Assembly: GCA_009602725.1 (NCBI GenBank)
Contig: WELB01000022.1
Span: 18,288 to 82,287 of the forward strand
Direction: 5' to 3'
DNA from: Spirogloea muscicola
Lineage: Eukaryota
DNA: 64,000 nucleotides
Position numbers and translations under genes: made by a program. A model generated the notes under the pieces. That model was not told the DNA's origin. It was given only the letters and a program-made list of their open reading frames with translations, and did not search any database. Position 1 is the stretch's first letter. Every line of letters starts with the position of its first letter. Below are positions 37,950 to 50,639 of this stretch, piece after piece.

Positions 37950-38600
37950 GTCAACAAAAATTCTCCTATCATTTGTGTGCTAGTACACAATTTATCACTT
38001 CGCAAATGGTGTGAGCAATCAATTCCGAGATTATAGATTTTTGAGAGCTCATAGATCGTTGTAAGTCAGACAGCATGGAAGACTTTCTTGCTTTAAAAGT
38101 AGCTTTAACTGTATCTCCAAAAGCTCTCACTCTTAAAAAGCAAACCCAAGAAACTTAGAGCAACGATATACTATTCTTCATTGGATGGAGAGTTTTGCTT
38201 AGAAGTCAAAATACACAAAAGTATATGGAGAATAGAAGGACTTCACGCATTTCTATGATTAATTCAGAGAAAACTGAAGAACGAATGTTCACCATTTGAG
38301 CAATCATTAGGTTTCCCAGGCGATTGTAAATTGCAAAATAGCAGCTAGGAATACACAAGGACCACATCTGCTATATTAAGGTAAAAAGGGAAGAAGCTAC
38401 ATATTAAACAAAGACAAAGTCATGTAGGTACGCATAAGATGAGAGCAAGATGAGTCTGGTGAGATATTTGTGGAAAGGTATCATTAACCAAGAGAGAATA
38501 GACTTCTATCAATAATATCAGTCAATGCATATTGGATGATCGAGATGCATGAATGAGCAATACGCAAATCTTGAGATATAATTTGAGAAACGAAGTCCAT
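37950..38600 (-). pseudogene. tatC: NUMT: decayed tatC/mttB-like sequence
   Basis: Minus-strand TYMTLSL.. and LI*QMWSLCIPSCY resemble the mitochondrial TatC motif YQIWCFLIPSCY. AT-rich and flanked by other mitochondrial pieces. Limits approximate. Confidence 0.5.
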
Positions 38601-38759
38601 CTTCAGTTCTATGGTTGCATTCTTAGCTCAGATGGAAAGAGCCACAATTTTGTAGATTGAAGGCCACAGGTCAACTCCTGTAGAATGCGTAAAAGCGAAG
38701 AATTAGGAGGCTGTCTCGACCCTCCACGAAGGCCCTCATCAAGCCTCGACGAAGGCAGA

Positions 38760-38843
38760 GGGAGAGTGGCCTGAGTGGTTAAAAGCGGCAAAATGAGACT
38801 CTGTCAATATGTTTCTACGTAGGTTCGAATCCTGCCTTTCCTG
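38760..38843 (+). tRNA. trnY: Degenerate mitochondrial-type tRNA-Tyr pseudogene
   Basis: GGGAGAGTGGCCTGAGTGGTTAAAAGCG..CTACGTAGGTTCGAATCCTGCCTTTCC matches the plant mitochondrial trnY pattern; anticodon mutated. Confidence 0.75.
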
Positions 38844-39276
38844 AAAGGGTGGTAGACCTTTTGTACAATTGACAGTTACTACAGCTATAGTACCACAAAT
38901 TAGAAGAGTATTCTTCAGAGTAGCTTGTTTCGATATACAACACCGCATTACCAAAGAAAGGTATAGTTTTAGAGCTACGAGAACAAGTAATGGGTATCTC
39001 CAGCGACTTTACATTTCAAAGTCGTAGTACAGTTTTGGAACAAGAAGAACAAGATCTAAGTTATCTTGTTACTTCAGTAGCAAGAAACCCAACATTGGCT
39101 AAGCAATAAATTGGATAAGCTAATGGTTTGCTTTGACTGAAGCAATTGCTCTGATGATTTTTAATTTATTTATCTATACTTATTTTTATCTCGGGCACAT
39201 GTTGAATGTTTTCACGCCAAGTGTTCGAGGAGTCTCCAATTATCTTCGACGACTTCTCCAATGCAATGCCCAGTAA

Positions 39277-39350
39277 GGGCTAATAGCATGTTTGATTCAA
39301 AACGCACCGTTCATAACGGTGACATTATAGGTTTGAGCCCTACGTCCTAC
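39277..39350 (+). tRNA. trnI: Degenerate mitochondrial-type tRNA-Ile(CAU) pseudogene
   Basis: GGGCTAATAG..AAACGCACCGTTCATAACGGTGACATTATAGGTTTGAGCCCTAC; intact anticodon arm with CAT. Confidence 0.7.
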
Positions 39351-39360
39351 TGTTACGAAC

Positions 39361-39440
39361 GGGTATATGTTCAGTTAGCAAAGCATTGGGCTTCTGATCT
39401 CATCATCAGTTGTCGCAGGCTCCAAGCCCTGCTACACTCA
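39361..39440 (+). tRNA. trnK: Degenerate mitochondrial-type tRNA-Lys pseudogene
   Basis: GGGTATATGTTCAGTTAGCAAAGCATTGGGCTT..GTCGCAGGCTCCAAGCCCTGCTACACTCA. Confidence 0.6.
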
Positions 39441-39441
39441 G

Positions 39442-39521
39442 GCGGGTATGATGGAACTGGTAACATGCTAGGTTCAGGTTCTCGTGATATTTTCATGGGG
39501 GTTCGAGACCCTCTACCTGTA
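39442..39521 (+). tRNA. trnL: Degenerate mitochondrial-type tRNA-Leu(UAG) pseudogene
   Basis: GCGGGTATGATGGAACTGGTAACATGCTAGGTTCAGGTTCT..GGGGGTTCGAGACCCTCTACCTGTA. Confidence 0.65.
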
Positions 39522-39523
39522 TC

Positions 39524-39570
39524 CGGATGGATGTCTGAGTGGTTGAAGGTATCAGTCTTGAGTATTGAAT
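39524..39570 (+). tRNA. trnS: 5' half of mitochondrial-type tRNA-Ser(UGA), cut off by a hairpin unit
   Basis: GGATGGATGTCTGAGTGGTTGAAGGTATCAGTCTTGA.., followed directly by the reverse hairpin unit at ~39572-39610. Confidence 0.6.
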
Positions 39571-40400
39571 CAGAGGGCGGAGACTGTGATAGGCCAGCCC
39601 AGAGAAGAATGAACCCAAGAGGAATGGACTAGGCCCCCTTATGGCTGCTATTGCTCCCTTTTTTTCTGGGATTGGAAGCTTAAACATCTGTTTGGTTTTC
39701 TCCTGGGCTGGCCAATCACCGCCATCACCGCACAAAATCTTCCGCCGACGCCCTCTACTAGTACAGTCGTACTCTCTGATGGACTAGTGCCGAAGGAGGA
39801 AGATTCGTGTATTTGAGACAAACGAAGGCCAAATGGCCAAGTACAAAGGCAAGCACATCTAAGATCTATATAACCTACAGCAGAATGACCCGCTCAGTAA
39901 CCGCAGGTCAAAACATAAAGAAGGGGGTCTAAAGCCACAGCCTTACACTGGTACAGCTGCTCCTTGTATGCGCAGTGTGTTCGCTTCGATTGGCCTCCCT
40001 TTCTTCCCATGCGCACCACATGCCTTTCTCTCTTTACGATCCTTTGGCAATTGGCACTTTCCGGCCCATTCTTCTCCGGCTGGCTTTTCACAGCCTCGCC
40101 CCGTGTGGATGTTTCGTTTCCGCCTTCATCAGACCTTGTACAGTCTTTCATGGCTGGCTTTCAATTGTCTCGCCCCATTGGAAGAGCTTGGATTCTTATA
40201 GCCGCTACTGCTGTCTCAACCCAGCCCACTTTGCTGTGGCGGAGCAGAGCTCTCCCTAAGGAGAGAAGGCGCAGGGTGTGATGAAGTGAAGGGAGGCCAA
40301 GCTGAGTCGGTAAGCTGTTAATGGACAACTTTCAAAGGATGGGGCTACTCAAAGCGAAGCCCAAGAAGGAGACAATGGTTGTGAAGGCCAGCCCGGTGAG
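39571..40400. mobile_element. Cluster of hairpin units and a family B 3' end
   Basis: Hairpins at ~39583(-), 39704(+), 40078(+) and 40380(-). Family B end LYVLTCGY* plus UTR (-) at 39800-39925. Confidence 0.75.
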
Positions 40401-40758
40401 ATGGACAGGGTCAGAGGGATTTCCCCAACAAAGAACACTGTGGCAGGGGTTGAGAAGCACCCAAGCTAGGGGTAGGATGCCCAGTGCTGCGCACGGTACA
40501 ATAATTAGTAAGCACTGACAGTCGCTTGACAACCTTGCAATACAAATTAGCCCAAAGATGACCCCTGAGTGAGCTGCCTGTCAATCATGTGCTCAAACAC
40601 AGGATCTTATGGAGAGACTACCTGTAAGAATGAAAGAATCAGGCGAACAATCGTGGCCGCCTTAGTCAAGGCATCTGTACAGCCTATCACTACTCAGCCA
40701 GATGTACACGCAACACAGTCAACGTGACGAGCTACGAAGCTGGCTGCCAGCTACTACA

Positions 40759-43700
40759 TCAGCTCAGGTCAAATCCAGCTGCCGCGTTGATGGCATACAG
40801 CAGTTTGTCCTCAAGGTTCTCCTTGCTGCAGCACCAAGCTCGGCACTGTAGTCAGTGTTCACCATTTGTCTGCTGATTCTGCTGCTCTGCTGCACTCTAA
40901 ATCTGATGCAGGCAATGCTTGTTGATTGATTGCAAGAGCTCAACTGATCATCCACCAAGGCAAACGTCACGAACCTCTTGTATGCAGGCAGCTTCAGGAG
41001 GTTCATACAGGTTGCGGCAGTCGGCAAGCGGTCCATGGGTCCATCTGCAGTCTCGTCTGCCGAAGCTCTGTGCAAGCATCGACAACAAAAAGCTCGTGTA
41101 TAGCCTGATGGATAAGACCAGGTACCTGCTGCAAATGCTATCTAACAGAGAAGTCTTTCGACTTAAGCAACAGCGAAAGGTCCTACTTATCAATATTGTC
41201 TCACCTCTGTATACAAAAAGCAGGCTCCAGGTGCTTGAAGCCCAAGAGGGGCCCACGAGAGCAGCCAGTCACAAATTTGAGCAGCTTGCCACGCAGCTGT
41301 GAGTCCATCTTATCCACCACCTCCCAGAACCAGCCAATGACCCAGTGATTCTGTCCACAGTACAAGGAGTCACACAACTTCACGCAACTCACAACTTGCA
41401 CTACTTCGTCATAGGAGCAGGTTGAGGACATACAATCAACCGCGGGATACACAACCCTTCTCATAGCATAGGAAAAAGCAAAAGCAGCAAAGCAACCTGA
41501 TGGTACCCTCCCGCGTAGTTGGTATTTTGGCAAAGATCTGCACTATCCCAACCATCTCGAGATCCAGATATGAGGATCTGCAGTTCATGCTCGTCAAACA
41601 TTGCCATCCAATCCGGCTCTATTAGGCGTTGGAAGCCCTGCAGGAACGCGGCACTTTGCTGCCTAATCTGCACCCATTCCAATTAGATCGTTTCAGTGTG
41701 ATGTAACCTCTGGTTCTCAGAAAGGCAAACTGCACACAAGGGATGCCATGCAATAACAAAGGGCGGAAGGAGAGTTTCTGGCGGCAAGCCACATGCTAAC
41801 ACGGCTCAATTACGCCAGCTGCAGCATTTGAATGACTGACCTGCGTATTGAGACGGTGGTTGGCCACAAGCCAAATATATCGAATGCGGTTCTCGCTTGT
41901 GACTGGCACATTCCTCCCATTTGGAATCAGATCTGTCTCCATCCGCTCACCAAACTCATTGTTCTCTACCACAAAGTAAAGTCCAAGGTCTTCGATGTTG
42001 CCATCATAGTGCTGTCCCAACACATGAGACAAGGGCCAACAATGAGGCCATTGTTTCGTACTACCGCTTTTGCTCATTCAAATGCAAGCCTGAAGACAAG
42101 CCTTGACTTCACTGCAGCTGCTAACGAGAGGCAAGCTTTCCGGTGCTTGGATGAAAGAAAAGGTCAGGTCACCTTCAAGAAAAGAAGGCTGTGGTATAGC
42201 TCAGGATCCAAGGAAGGCAGATCATGGAGGTAATTGTATCTGCAGACAAAGCAGCACTGCGTTGTTGAATGACGCAACTGCAATCCCCACAGCATAGCAT
42301 GTGGATGCAACACGAAGACTTAGGAGGAGTAGTGAAGCAGGTCAACATGCCCCATAAAAGGCCCCAAATCTACTGCACAATTTTTGAACACCTATCTTGT
42401 CTCCTGATATTGCCTACTTGTTTCGCAGCTTGCTGAGGAAGAACGTCGCAAATGGAATGTCCACAAGGATGCCTTCATACATTGCCTGCACGACTTGCAC
42501 AGGAGAAGAACGTGTTGGGGACGTGCATATAGTCCACGTTTGCTTGAGGACAAATACCTTCATTTTGTTACTCAGTGTTACTCTGTGGTGCAAATCAGGT
42601 ACTTGGCACGAGGTGAACGTGAGGTAAACGTGACACACCCACCTTGCCAAGAATGCTTCCAAGAAAATCAAAGTAATTGAGGTGATCTGGGACCTGGTAG
42701 GAAGCTGGATTGGGATAGAGGCGATGATCTGATGTCTCCTGCATACACAACAGACTATCTAAGCAGCCAGCAGCACAATGCATGCACTCCATCTTACAAG
42801 TATGGGCAACTGTGCAAGACTAAAGCCATTGCTACCTTGAAAAGGCCATACTGGACATCAAATGCTGTTTTGGTTATATTCTCGACCCAATCCTTGAAGA
42901 GGCCTCCTCCATCGACGCCGACCTCCTCGGCGCCTAGCTCATTGGTGTATTGAATCCTTATCTGACAAAGGCTCCATGCAGCAAGCAATCAGGCAAAGTG
43001 CCAGTGTTTTAGGTAAATGAACTGCATAGCCCACTGAAAGATGGAGACAAGTTGGATTTCAGTACCGTTCCACGAAGGATGTTGGCTGGCTGATTGTGCA
43101 ATTGGTGGTAACTATCGAGCACTATGGCATTTCTCCTTATGTTCAGCCGCAAACCCCTCCGAAGTGGGGCCCTGGCCTCGCTTTCCCTTGCTCTTGATTC
43201 TTCTAGCTGCATCTGCTCAACCAACACTATTGTCAAGTTGACTTCCTCCCAGATGCTGCAAAAAGGCAAGACCTATGATGCCACTTGCAGGACCTAAATC
43301 AGCAATGCTGAGGGAGCTACCAGCTGCTTACAATGTAAATGCGGACTCTGTCAGTGAAGGGTATCAAGAAAGGAGCCTTCTTCAGGATCTCACTTGCAGC
43401 ACCTCCAACCTGACAAGTGAGAACAAGTCTTATGTCAACACAGAGATCAGACTTCTTAAGGATGCACCTTCCTCCTTCTTAGCAGTTTCTGAAGGGAAGG
43501 AGCAATGCTACTTCTGAGTTGCACATATGGACACTGATAAAAGGACCTGAGTCACGAAGTTCTCGTCCACATCAGCTCGAGCATGGAACTCCTCTGGTTT
43601 GGCAAATTCTCTCCGGCTGTTCCTATCGTGGAGCTGCAAAGAGACAAACAAACATTTATGCTGGCTCGGACAAGTGTAGCAATGCAAGCCACGAGTACCA

Positions 43701-46700
43701 ATGGAAGTGCTAACAATCTGCAAGATGCGAGGCAGTGCAGACCAAAAAGGAGACGTCATATGCAACACACGAATATACAGCGGCAAGATGCTGAAAGAAG
43801 TACCTCAGCTAGGAGTCTTGCTGCAACAGTGCTGACATGGCGCTTGAGAGCCTGCACTGAGAGTGCTGTTAAAGGCAACGTGGCTGGCGGTGGCCCTATT
43901 GGCTTTGACTGGTGGTGAAGCTGTTTGTTCGTGCCCGCAGGCTCGTATCGTGTGCTCTCAACCCAAAGAAGCTGCCATACGGCCTGCAAGATGCACCTGC
44001 TAGGTCAGCAGACAATCTGAGTGTGAGACTAGAATAATCCAAATGCACATGAATAACCAGCATGGGCACCAGTGACGCCGTCCATATACTACCTCCTTCA
44101 AGATGACAATGAGGAGGCGAAGGTCTTCATGGGCAAGTGGTTTCTGCTGCTCATAGAATTCCTCATTGTCCACAGTGAGCAGCATGTAACTGGCACATGG
44201 TAATGTGCAACCACTGAGACTCAGGATCTCACTCATAAACCTGCTGCAGAGCTTTCAAGTACCAGAGGGCTGACAGTGAAGAGATGCAACTGCCAGGAAC
44301 CTGGCAACAAGCCATGCCTGCAGCATCTCATGCACCCTAGATATGCTCGCTGGGCAATCAAGACACGCAGCGAAAGGGCTCTGTGTGCACCTGTACACTG
44401 GACAGAAAACAGCCAAAGGCAGTAGATGCCCGAGCTCACCATCAACGTAGCTGCCTTCAAGCTGCTGGCATGTTGGCCAACATTGCCCCAGGTGGCAGGC
44501 CCTCATGTGCCGCCACAAGCGGGGGACAAGGTTTGCAGAGTATGCGAGCGCTGTCAGAATGTGCGATCTCTGCTTGGGAAACAACGTCATGGATGTGTGC
44601 AGCAATGCACATAGTGCCACAATGCTGTCGCTCTTCCATTTTTTCTCTGGATTTGATCTGAAGGCACCAAGCGATAGCTGGCCCACTGGGGTATCGGGCA
44701 CAGCATTGAAAACCTGTGACAAGGACATCTCCACCAGTGTCAATCTTGAGTTCAAGAAGCAGCAGGCTATGGGTTGTGAATTAGATGCTGATAATTGAGA
44801 GTTGAGAATGAGAATAGGATGGCAATGCCGGAGGTAAAGACACCAACTCTTACTCACAAGGTGGTGGAGAACTTCTGGACTACCAAGTTGACTGAGCTGA
44901 CCCTCAAGGGCAGGATTGAGTTGCCTAAGTGCCACTGTCTCAATAGAATCATCCCAGATTGGTCCTGTGCACAGCACAATGGACAGCAAAACCCATTATG
45001 GTCATTTTGGTGCTGTCAGCAAAGTAAGCCTTGCAGATTGCATGCACTTCCATATGCGCTTTCATACCATCAAAACTGGATTCGCCAGGTGCCGAGATTT
45101 GAGCTTGAACGCCTTCAAGCAGATGGACAGCGATCACTGCGAACATAGTTGCCTCGACCGTCTGTAAGGCAGCAACATCAGACAAGGCCTACCAGTGAGG
45201 TTGTGTCCCTGCAGCTCCTCCACCACATATGGAGCAGCCAAGTGATCTCACTCAGCAGCCGTGCTAACGGGAGAAGTGTGCACTAAGCAGCAGCTCAAGC
45301 AGCAACCCATTTCAATGGCCACTCAAGTAGACGGACTAACCAGGGAAGCAGTACTGAGGCCACGTGAAAAGACGAGACCACACATGGAAACAAGATTGCC
45401 GAGGAGGCATGCGCCAGAGGGCACGTCAGGGGATGTAGATGGAGGCAGGGCCTGGTTTATCTCAGGGAGGCTGTTATTCAGCCTATATACAGAATACCTC
45501 CACAGACGTGTCCACAGTTCTTCCTGCAGCAATGAACCAGCAAGTCTTCAGCAGACAACCACAGTAGCTGCACTATCAACGTGCAGATACCCAGGTGCTA
45601 TATCATCAGGTCTGCATGTGACTCCTTCCAAGAACAAAGACAAGCAACGCCTGACCTGAGCAGACCTCATTAGGCTCCCAAGCGAAGCCAAAGACGAGTG
45701 TTTGCAGATGCATTAATCACCTCACGAGGTGGAAATTGTTGCCATCTCAGGAAGGGTATGGACATGATTTGCATGGGGATGTCATCCCGCAGGGCAATCT
45801 GGCCGCCTGGCTCCTTGTGCTGACCTTGTTCAATCTCAAGAACATAGCGAGCTGCTAGCAACAGCATGGCATGCTCCACCACTGTGACGTCCACTTCAAG
45901 TTCCATGTTTGGCGTATCATCCAAAGCCTGGATTGCATGAAGCGAATATGAGCACTGATTATGTTGCTCGTCCAGGCAAGACAAATGTAGGCAAGTTTAG
46001 CTGGACAATTGTCCTGCACACATCCCCTGCGATTGCCACACCTGGTCCAGCCGAATCCCCAGCCCCCAAAAATCAAACCCACCAATCCCCTCCCTCTCCA
46101 ACACCCCTTGGTCAGCAACAATTGTTCCCCAAAGAATCCCCTAGACACGCTTACCTGAAGCAGGACAAGGTTGCGAAGATGCCCAAACATTCCCCCTTTG
46201 TCTAAAAATCTGAGTAGATGACTCGCCCAAGGTTGCCGGCTCGTCAGAGCAAGGAGGGCGTCCACAAGGACCGCTGCTCCATTCTCATCACCTTCACCAA
46301 GCTCATGAGACCGCCAGGTCCTAAGCAGCTCACCTTTTGCTGCTACTCTGCAGCAGAAATCTCAGTAGCAGTACCAGCAGTGTGTAAGAACATGGCGATT
46401 AGAGACAACAGAGGCTGCATATATCTGTGCATCTTGACGTAAGGGACAGAAGTAGAGGCGCACAGTGCACCTTTGCCAAGCTCTCAATATGCTTAAGTGC
46501 TCGTGAAGCAAACAAGCTGTACTTTCTCTCATGGCACTTGCAACATAGCTGGCAGAGCACGGCCATACTCAAAGCACAAGGTCAGAGTACAGGTAAGCAG
46601 CAGGAACAACAAAACCAGGGCTGAGTAAGGCACCTCTGGAGGTCAAGAGACTGCAAGCAGAGCAGCGCCAACCTCGTCACTTGACAATTTACGAGTCCCT

Positions 46701-47766
46701 CGACCTCTGGATAAGGCTTGGTACAAAAAGCTCTGCTCGACTCTGTTGACAGCAACACCGCAGCTGATTGTAAGACGGAATGGATGAATTCGTTCATGGT
46801 CATGCTGGTCAATTGTTGACCAGCATGATTAAAACAAGTACGATGGGCCGGAACAAACAGCTGCATTTGTCGCGTGTCACTCGAGTGGATACAAGAGCAG
46901 CACCAGAGCAGAATGTACGATGACAAGCTGCAAGTCACGAGGCTCACCAGCATGCAGGGCTCCAAGAGTGAGACGACAGGCAGCAGTAAGGCGAGCAACA
47001 TCCCCTTTGTTACTGGGCCGGCAGAAGAAGAGTAGCTGCGGCAGGAAAGCAGACTGCTCCTGCAGCGCGGACCTGTGGAGTGAGGATGCAACCGTGTGAG
47101 CTACAAGACAGCAGGCAAGTGTCAGTGGAGAGGCAGTCGTGGGTGAGAGGAGGTCAGCAACTGGAGCTAGCAGATGCTGGATTCACAGGCCTTGCCTGAC
47201 AGCGTAAGAATCGAGTGCCGTGCGGAGATCATGGCTCAGTCCGTAATAGTTCCGTGCCATGCCAACGTGCTAGCAAACAAGTGGAGGCAGAAGTGCCATT
47301 CTTATCTCACTGGTCACCCACGACTAAGTGCAGCAAATAGAGGCAGGAGTAGAGAGGCTCTGCAACCTGTCTGCCCTGTTGCCAAACTCTCCATACACTT
47401 GCTGCCAGTCCAAGCGCATCTGATCCCGCTCGCGTTCAGCAGCCCTCCGTCCTCTCCAGCACCTCTGGCGACGGTACACGAGATGCATGCATCAGGGAGG
47501 TGGCTCGCTTGCAATTGTGACTCAGTCGCTCATAGTCGGGTGCTGATGACGTCTGACTGCACAACTCCTTCCCAGCGCAGCAGCGAGCAGGCGGCAGCGG
47601 GCACCTGGATGACGAGTGCGCTCCTGGCCTCGAGGCGGGACCGGTGGCGGCGCTCGCGCTCGACGCGGGCGGTGTCGAGCAGCTGGCGGCGGTCCTGCAC
47701 TCGGCTGGAGCTGCGGCCGCCGAGGTCGACTTTGCGCCGGGCGGCGGCGTTGCCCGGCAAGAACAT
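40759..47766 (-). CDS. UPL6: HECT E3 ubiquitin ligase UPL6 (UBE3C-like); multi-exon
   Basis: MFLPGNAAARRKVDLGGRSS..ERERR..SALVIQ (IQ region), TVDNEEFYEQQKPL, LHDRNSRREF, GVDGGGLFKDW, AMYEGILVDIPFATFFLSKL, LLKFVTGCSRGPLLGFK, DRLPTAATCMNLLKLP (catalytic Cys), KLLYAINAAAGFDLS*. Confidence 0.95.
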
Positions 47767-48039
47767 GGCGCCGGCACGCGTCGTCGCCCTCTCTCATCCA
47801 CCCGCCTCCACCAGCAGAGCAGAGCTCGAGCTCGGTGCGGCGCGGAGGAGGCTGCCGTGCGAGAGCCTCGCCGCGGCTACGGCTCGGGCATGGCAGCCGC
47901 GGCGCGGCACTGGCGGCGCAGTCGAGCGCAGCCCGCTACGCCGGGGCCGCGGCGCGAGCAGTGCGGCAGCACGATGTCTCGCCAGCCGCCGCCGGCGGGC
48001 ACTCCACAGCAGGCGGCCGCGCAGCCCTTTAGCGGCCCC

Positions 48040-48259
48040 NNNNNNNNNNNNNNNNNNNNNNNNNNNNNNNNNNNNNNNNNNNNNNNNNNNNNNNNNNNNN
48101 NNNNNNNNNNNNNNNNNNNNNNNNNNNNNNNNNNNNNNNNNNNNNNNNNNNNNNNNNNNNNNNNNNNNNNNNNNNNNNNNNNNNNNNNNNNNNNNNNNNN
48201 NNNNNNNNNNNNNNNNNNNNNNNNNNNNNNNNNNNNNNNNNNNNNNNNNNNNNNNNNNN
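48040..48259. other. Assembly gap (a second gap lies at 57821-58021; single Ns at 4765, 9946, 32105, 35856, 52059, 62930)
   Basis: Runs of N, all in very GC-rich gene 5' regions or at repeat borders. Confidence 1.
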
Positions 48260-48409
48260 GCCGCCGCCGCCGCCGTCGCCTCAGCGGTGGCGCTGGCGCC
48301 AGCGCCGACCTCTGACGGCGGCGTGCCGCCAATTGCGGCGCGGCAGGCGGTGAGGGGCGTCAGGAGCTTGGAGGAGGGAGACGGCGGCGCGGCGGCGGGC
48401 ACCGCCGGC

Positions 48410-50159
48410 ATGTACTCTGACCAGGGCGAGGGCCGGCAGGCGGCCCGTGCGGGAGGCAGCCGCCGGCTCGCCGACCGCCTCGGGCCCGTCGCCGGGGCCA
48501 CGTTCAAGCCCAAGGCCGCCACGCCCGCCGTCGCGGCGCTCAGGAGGTGCGCCTGGCTCGCAGTCTGTGGCGCTGGCTGCGGCTCCCCTGCCTTCAAAGA
48601 AGCCCTAGAGCGGCAGTACAAGGGACAGCCGGCCGGCATCTTGCCGCGGGACGCTGTTATTGAGGCTCTGGCGGGCTGTGCCCCACACCGCAGGCTGCGG
48701 GGCGCCGCTGACAATGACAAGTGGCAGCATGACATGTACGAGGTGCACAAGAAGGCCGAGAGTATCCTTTAGCACGACCAGCCCTCGCCCGAAGAGACTC
48801 ACGCCACTAGCGCTGGCTGGCCGGGGGCTCAGAGCATTGCTGCCTCCTGCCCTGTGACAGCAACGCGAGGTAGCTTGCTGCTTCGCTGCACAAGGTGCTG
48901 GAAACAGTGTCTGGTCGTTGCCTCCACCTTGCCTCCTCCTGCTGCTTGCCTCCTTGACTGCTCGTCGCACAGGCACATCCGGCGACCTGAGGGCCACACT
49001 GGCCCGACGGAGCATCGAAGGCAGCTCCGGGACCAGCCTCACCGTTGTCATGGGGGGAGGGCCGAAGAAGGTACATGACCTTCGTGAGAAGCTGTCAGGG
49101 CCCATCCCAGCCCCCCAGGCGTCCGGAAGCGTGGTGCGCACGGCGGCTCCTGCGCGGCCGGCCCCTCGGCTGATGTCGGTGGTGCAGAAGGCAGGCGGGG
49201 AGACGGTCACGGTCAAGTCTGGCTCGGGCGCGAGAGCAAGCACGGCAGCGGGAAGATCGAGAGAGCCAGCCCGGACGCAGCCACGTGCGGAGGCGGCGCA
49301 CAGGCTTGCGGACGATATGGAAGTGGAGCAGGAGCCGCCACGACCAGCTGCAAGGGCCCCCACAAGAAAGACTGCGGTGAGCGCCCGCCGGGTCTCATTT
49401 GGCCACCACCTGCCGGTTGCACGTGGCCAAGGGCGTCATGTTGGCCACCCATGGTTCCGCTCCTCGATGTTTGCTGTTGTCTATTGCTGACCTGGGGACT
49501 TCATGCATGGCCCCGTGCAGGACGCACAGTCTAGCATTGCTCACCTGCTGCAGTCGCTTGGGCTGAGCAAGTACCTGATCACCTTCCAAGCTGAGGAGGT
49601 AGGGGTCCGCTTCAGATGGCCCGGCGCCCTTGAGCGCCTTCTTGACTGTCTCCTTCTCAATGATGCATTTGTTTGCAACTCAGCCGTGCCACCAAGACCT
49701 TGCTGGCTTGGCTCTGCTCTCAAGGAGCACTTACCTCAGCTGCTTGAGCTCAGCCTCCCCCTCACTGCAGTCGGAAAGAGCTGTCACCTGCAGGTCGACA
49801 TGGCCGCTTTGCAGCAGATGCAGGACCAGGATCTGAAGGAGCTCGGCATTCCCATGGTGAGTATGTGCGCTCCTGTCTCCCAAGGGCGGGGCGCTTGTGG
49901 TAAGGGCTGCCAGACATCGTGCAGTAATTTGTCACCTGTGCCTTTGGTGGGAAGTTTCACTGCAGGTCCCCTTTGTGCCTCGAGTCATCCTGCCGCTTGT
50001 GTAGAGGTGATGCTGCACAGCTGGTGTGTGGGACCAAGTCGTCTTCGTGAGCTACCACGCAGGCTCATCACACAGAAGAGTGCATATCACAGGTCATCGT
50101 GGCCTTCCACTCGTGTGCAGGGCCCGCGCAAGAAGATCCTGCTGGCCCTGAAGCGCTGA
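48410..50159 (+). CDS. Plant SAM (sterile alpha motif) domain protein; multi-exon
   Basis: MYSDQ..LADRLG, DKWQHDMYE, DLRATL, DLREKLSG, SIAHLLQSLGLSKYLITFQAEE|VDMAALQQMQDQDLKELGIPM|GPRKKILLALKR*. Confidence 0.9.
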
Positions 50160-50639
50160 CTTGGAAGTCTTGGGGCAGTTGCACGCCTCCGAGCATTGTA
50201 GGGGCCAGGCCGTGCCCGGGGCTAGCCCTGCGCTGTGCATGTGGTTGTGAGGGCAGGGTGTGGCAATTGTGCCTCAACATGAGTAGCGTCAACTGCCACT
50301 TCTCAACGCACTATGGCAGCGTCAGGTGCCATTGTGGGGACGAGTCAGCCTGCGCTCGAGCAGATTTGATGTGCTGCATTAGTTGGCAGCCTTTGGAAAC
50401 CCTTTTGAATACCTGTCAAGTCACTGCGAGCTTTGCTGTTGGGAAGGGGGACTGGCTGGTGTCGAGGGGGGCAAATTGGCGGAGAGGGGGTTGAGTTTCG
50501 CCATGACAACTGTGCGGCTGCAGGTTACTCTGACTTGCGGCTGCTGAGTACAGGTTGATACTTCTCTTGAGCACCCACTTGTAGCAGCCACTTACGTAGC
50601 TGTGTGATTCTCGCTTTCGAGCCCCTTAGGACCTTGTCT

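Noticed and set aside
38880..39100. Possible rps10-like remnant in the NUMT (LPKK..REQ)
   Set aside because: Similarity is too short and decayed to support.
38760..39570. Functional nuclear tRNA cluster
   Set aside because: Organelle-type sequences with broken stems and mutated anticodons inside a NUMT; treated as pseudogenes.
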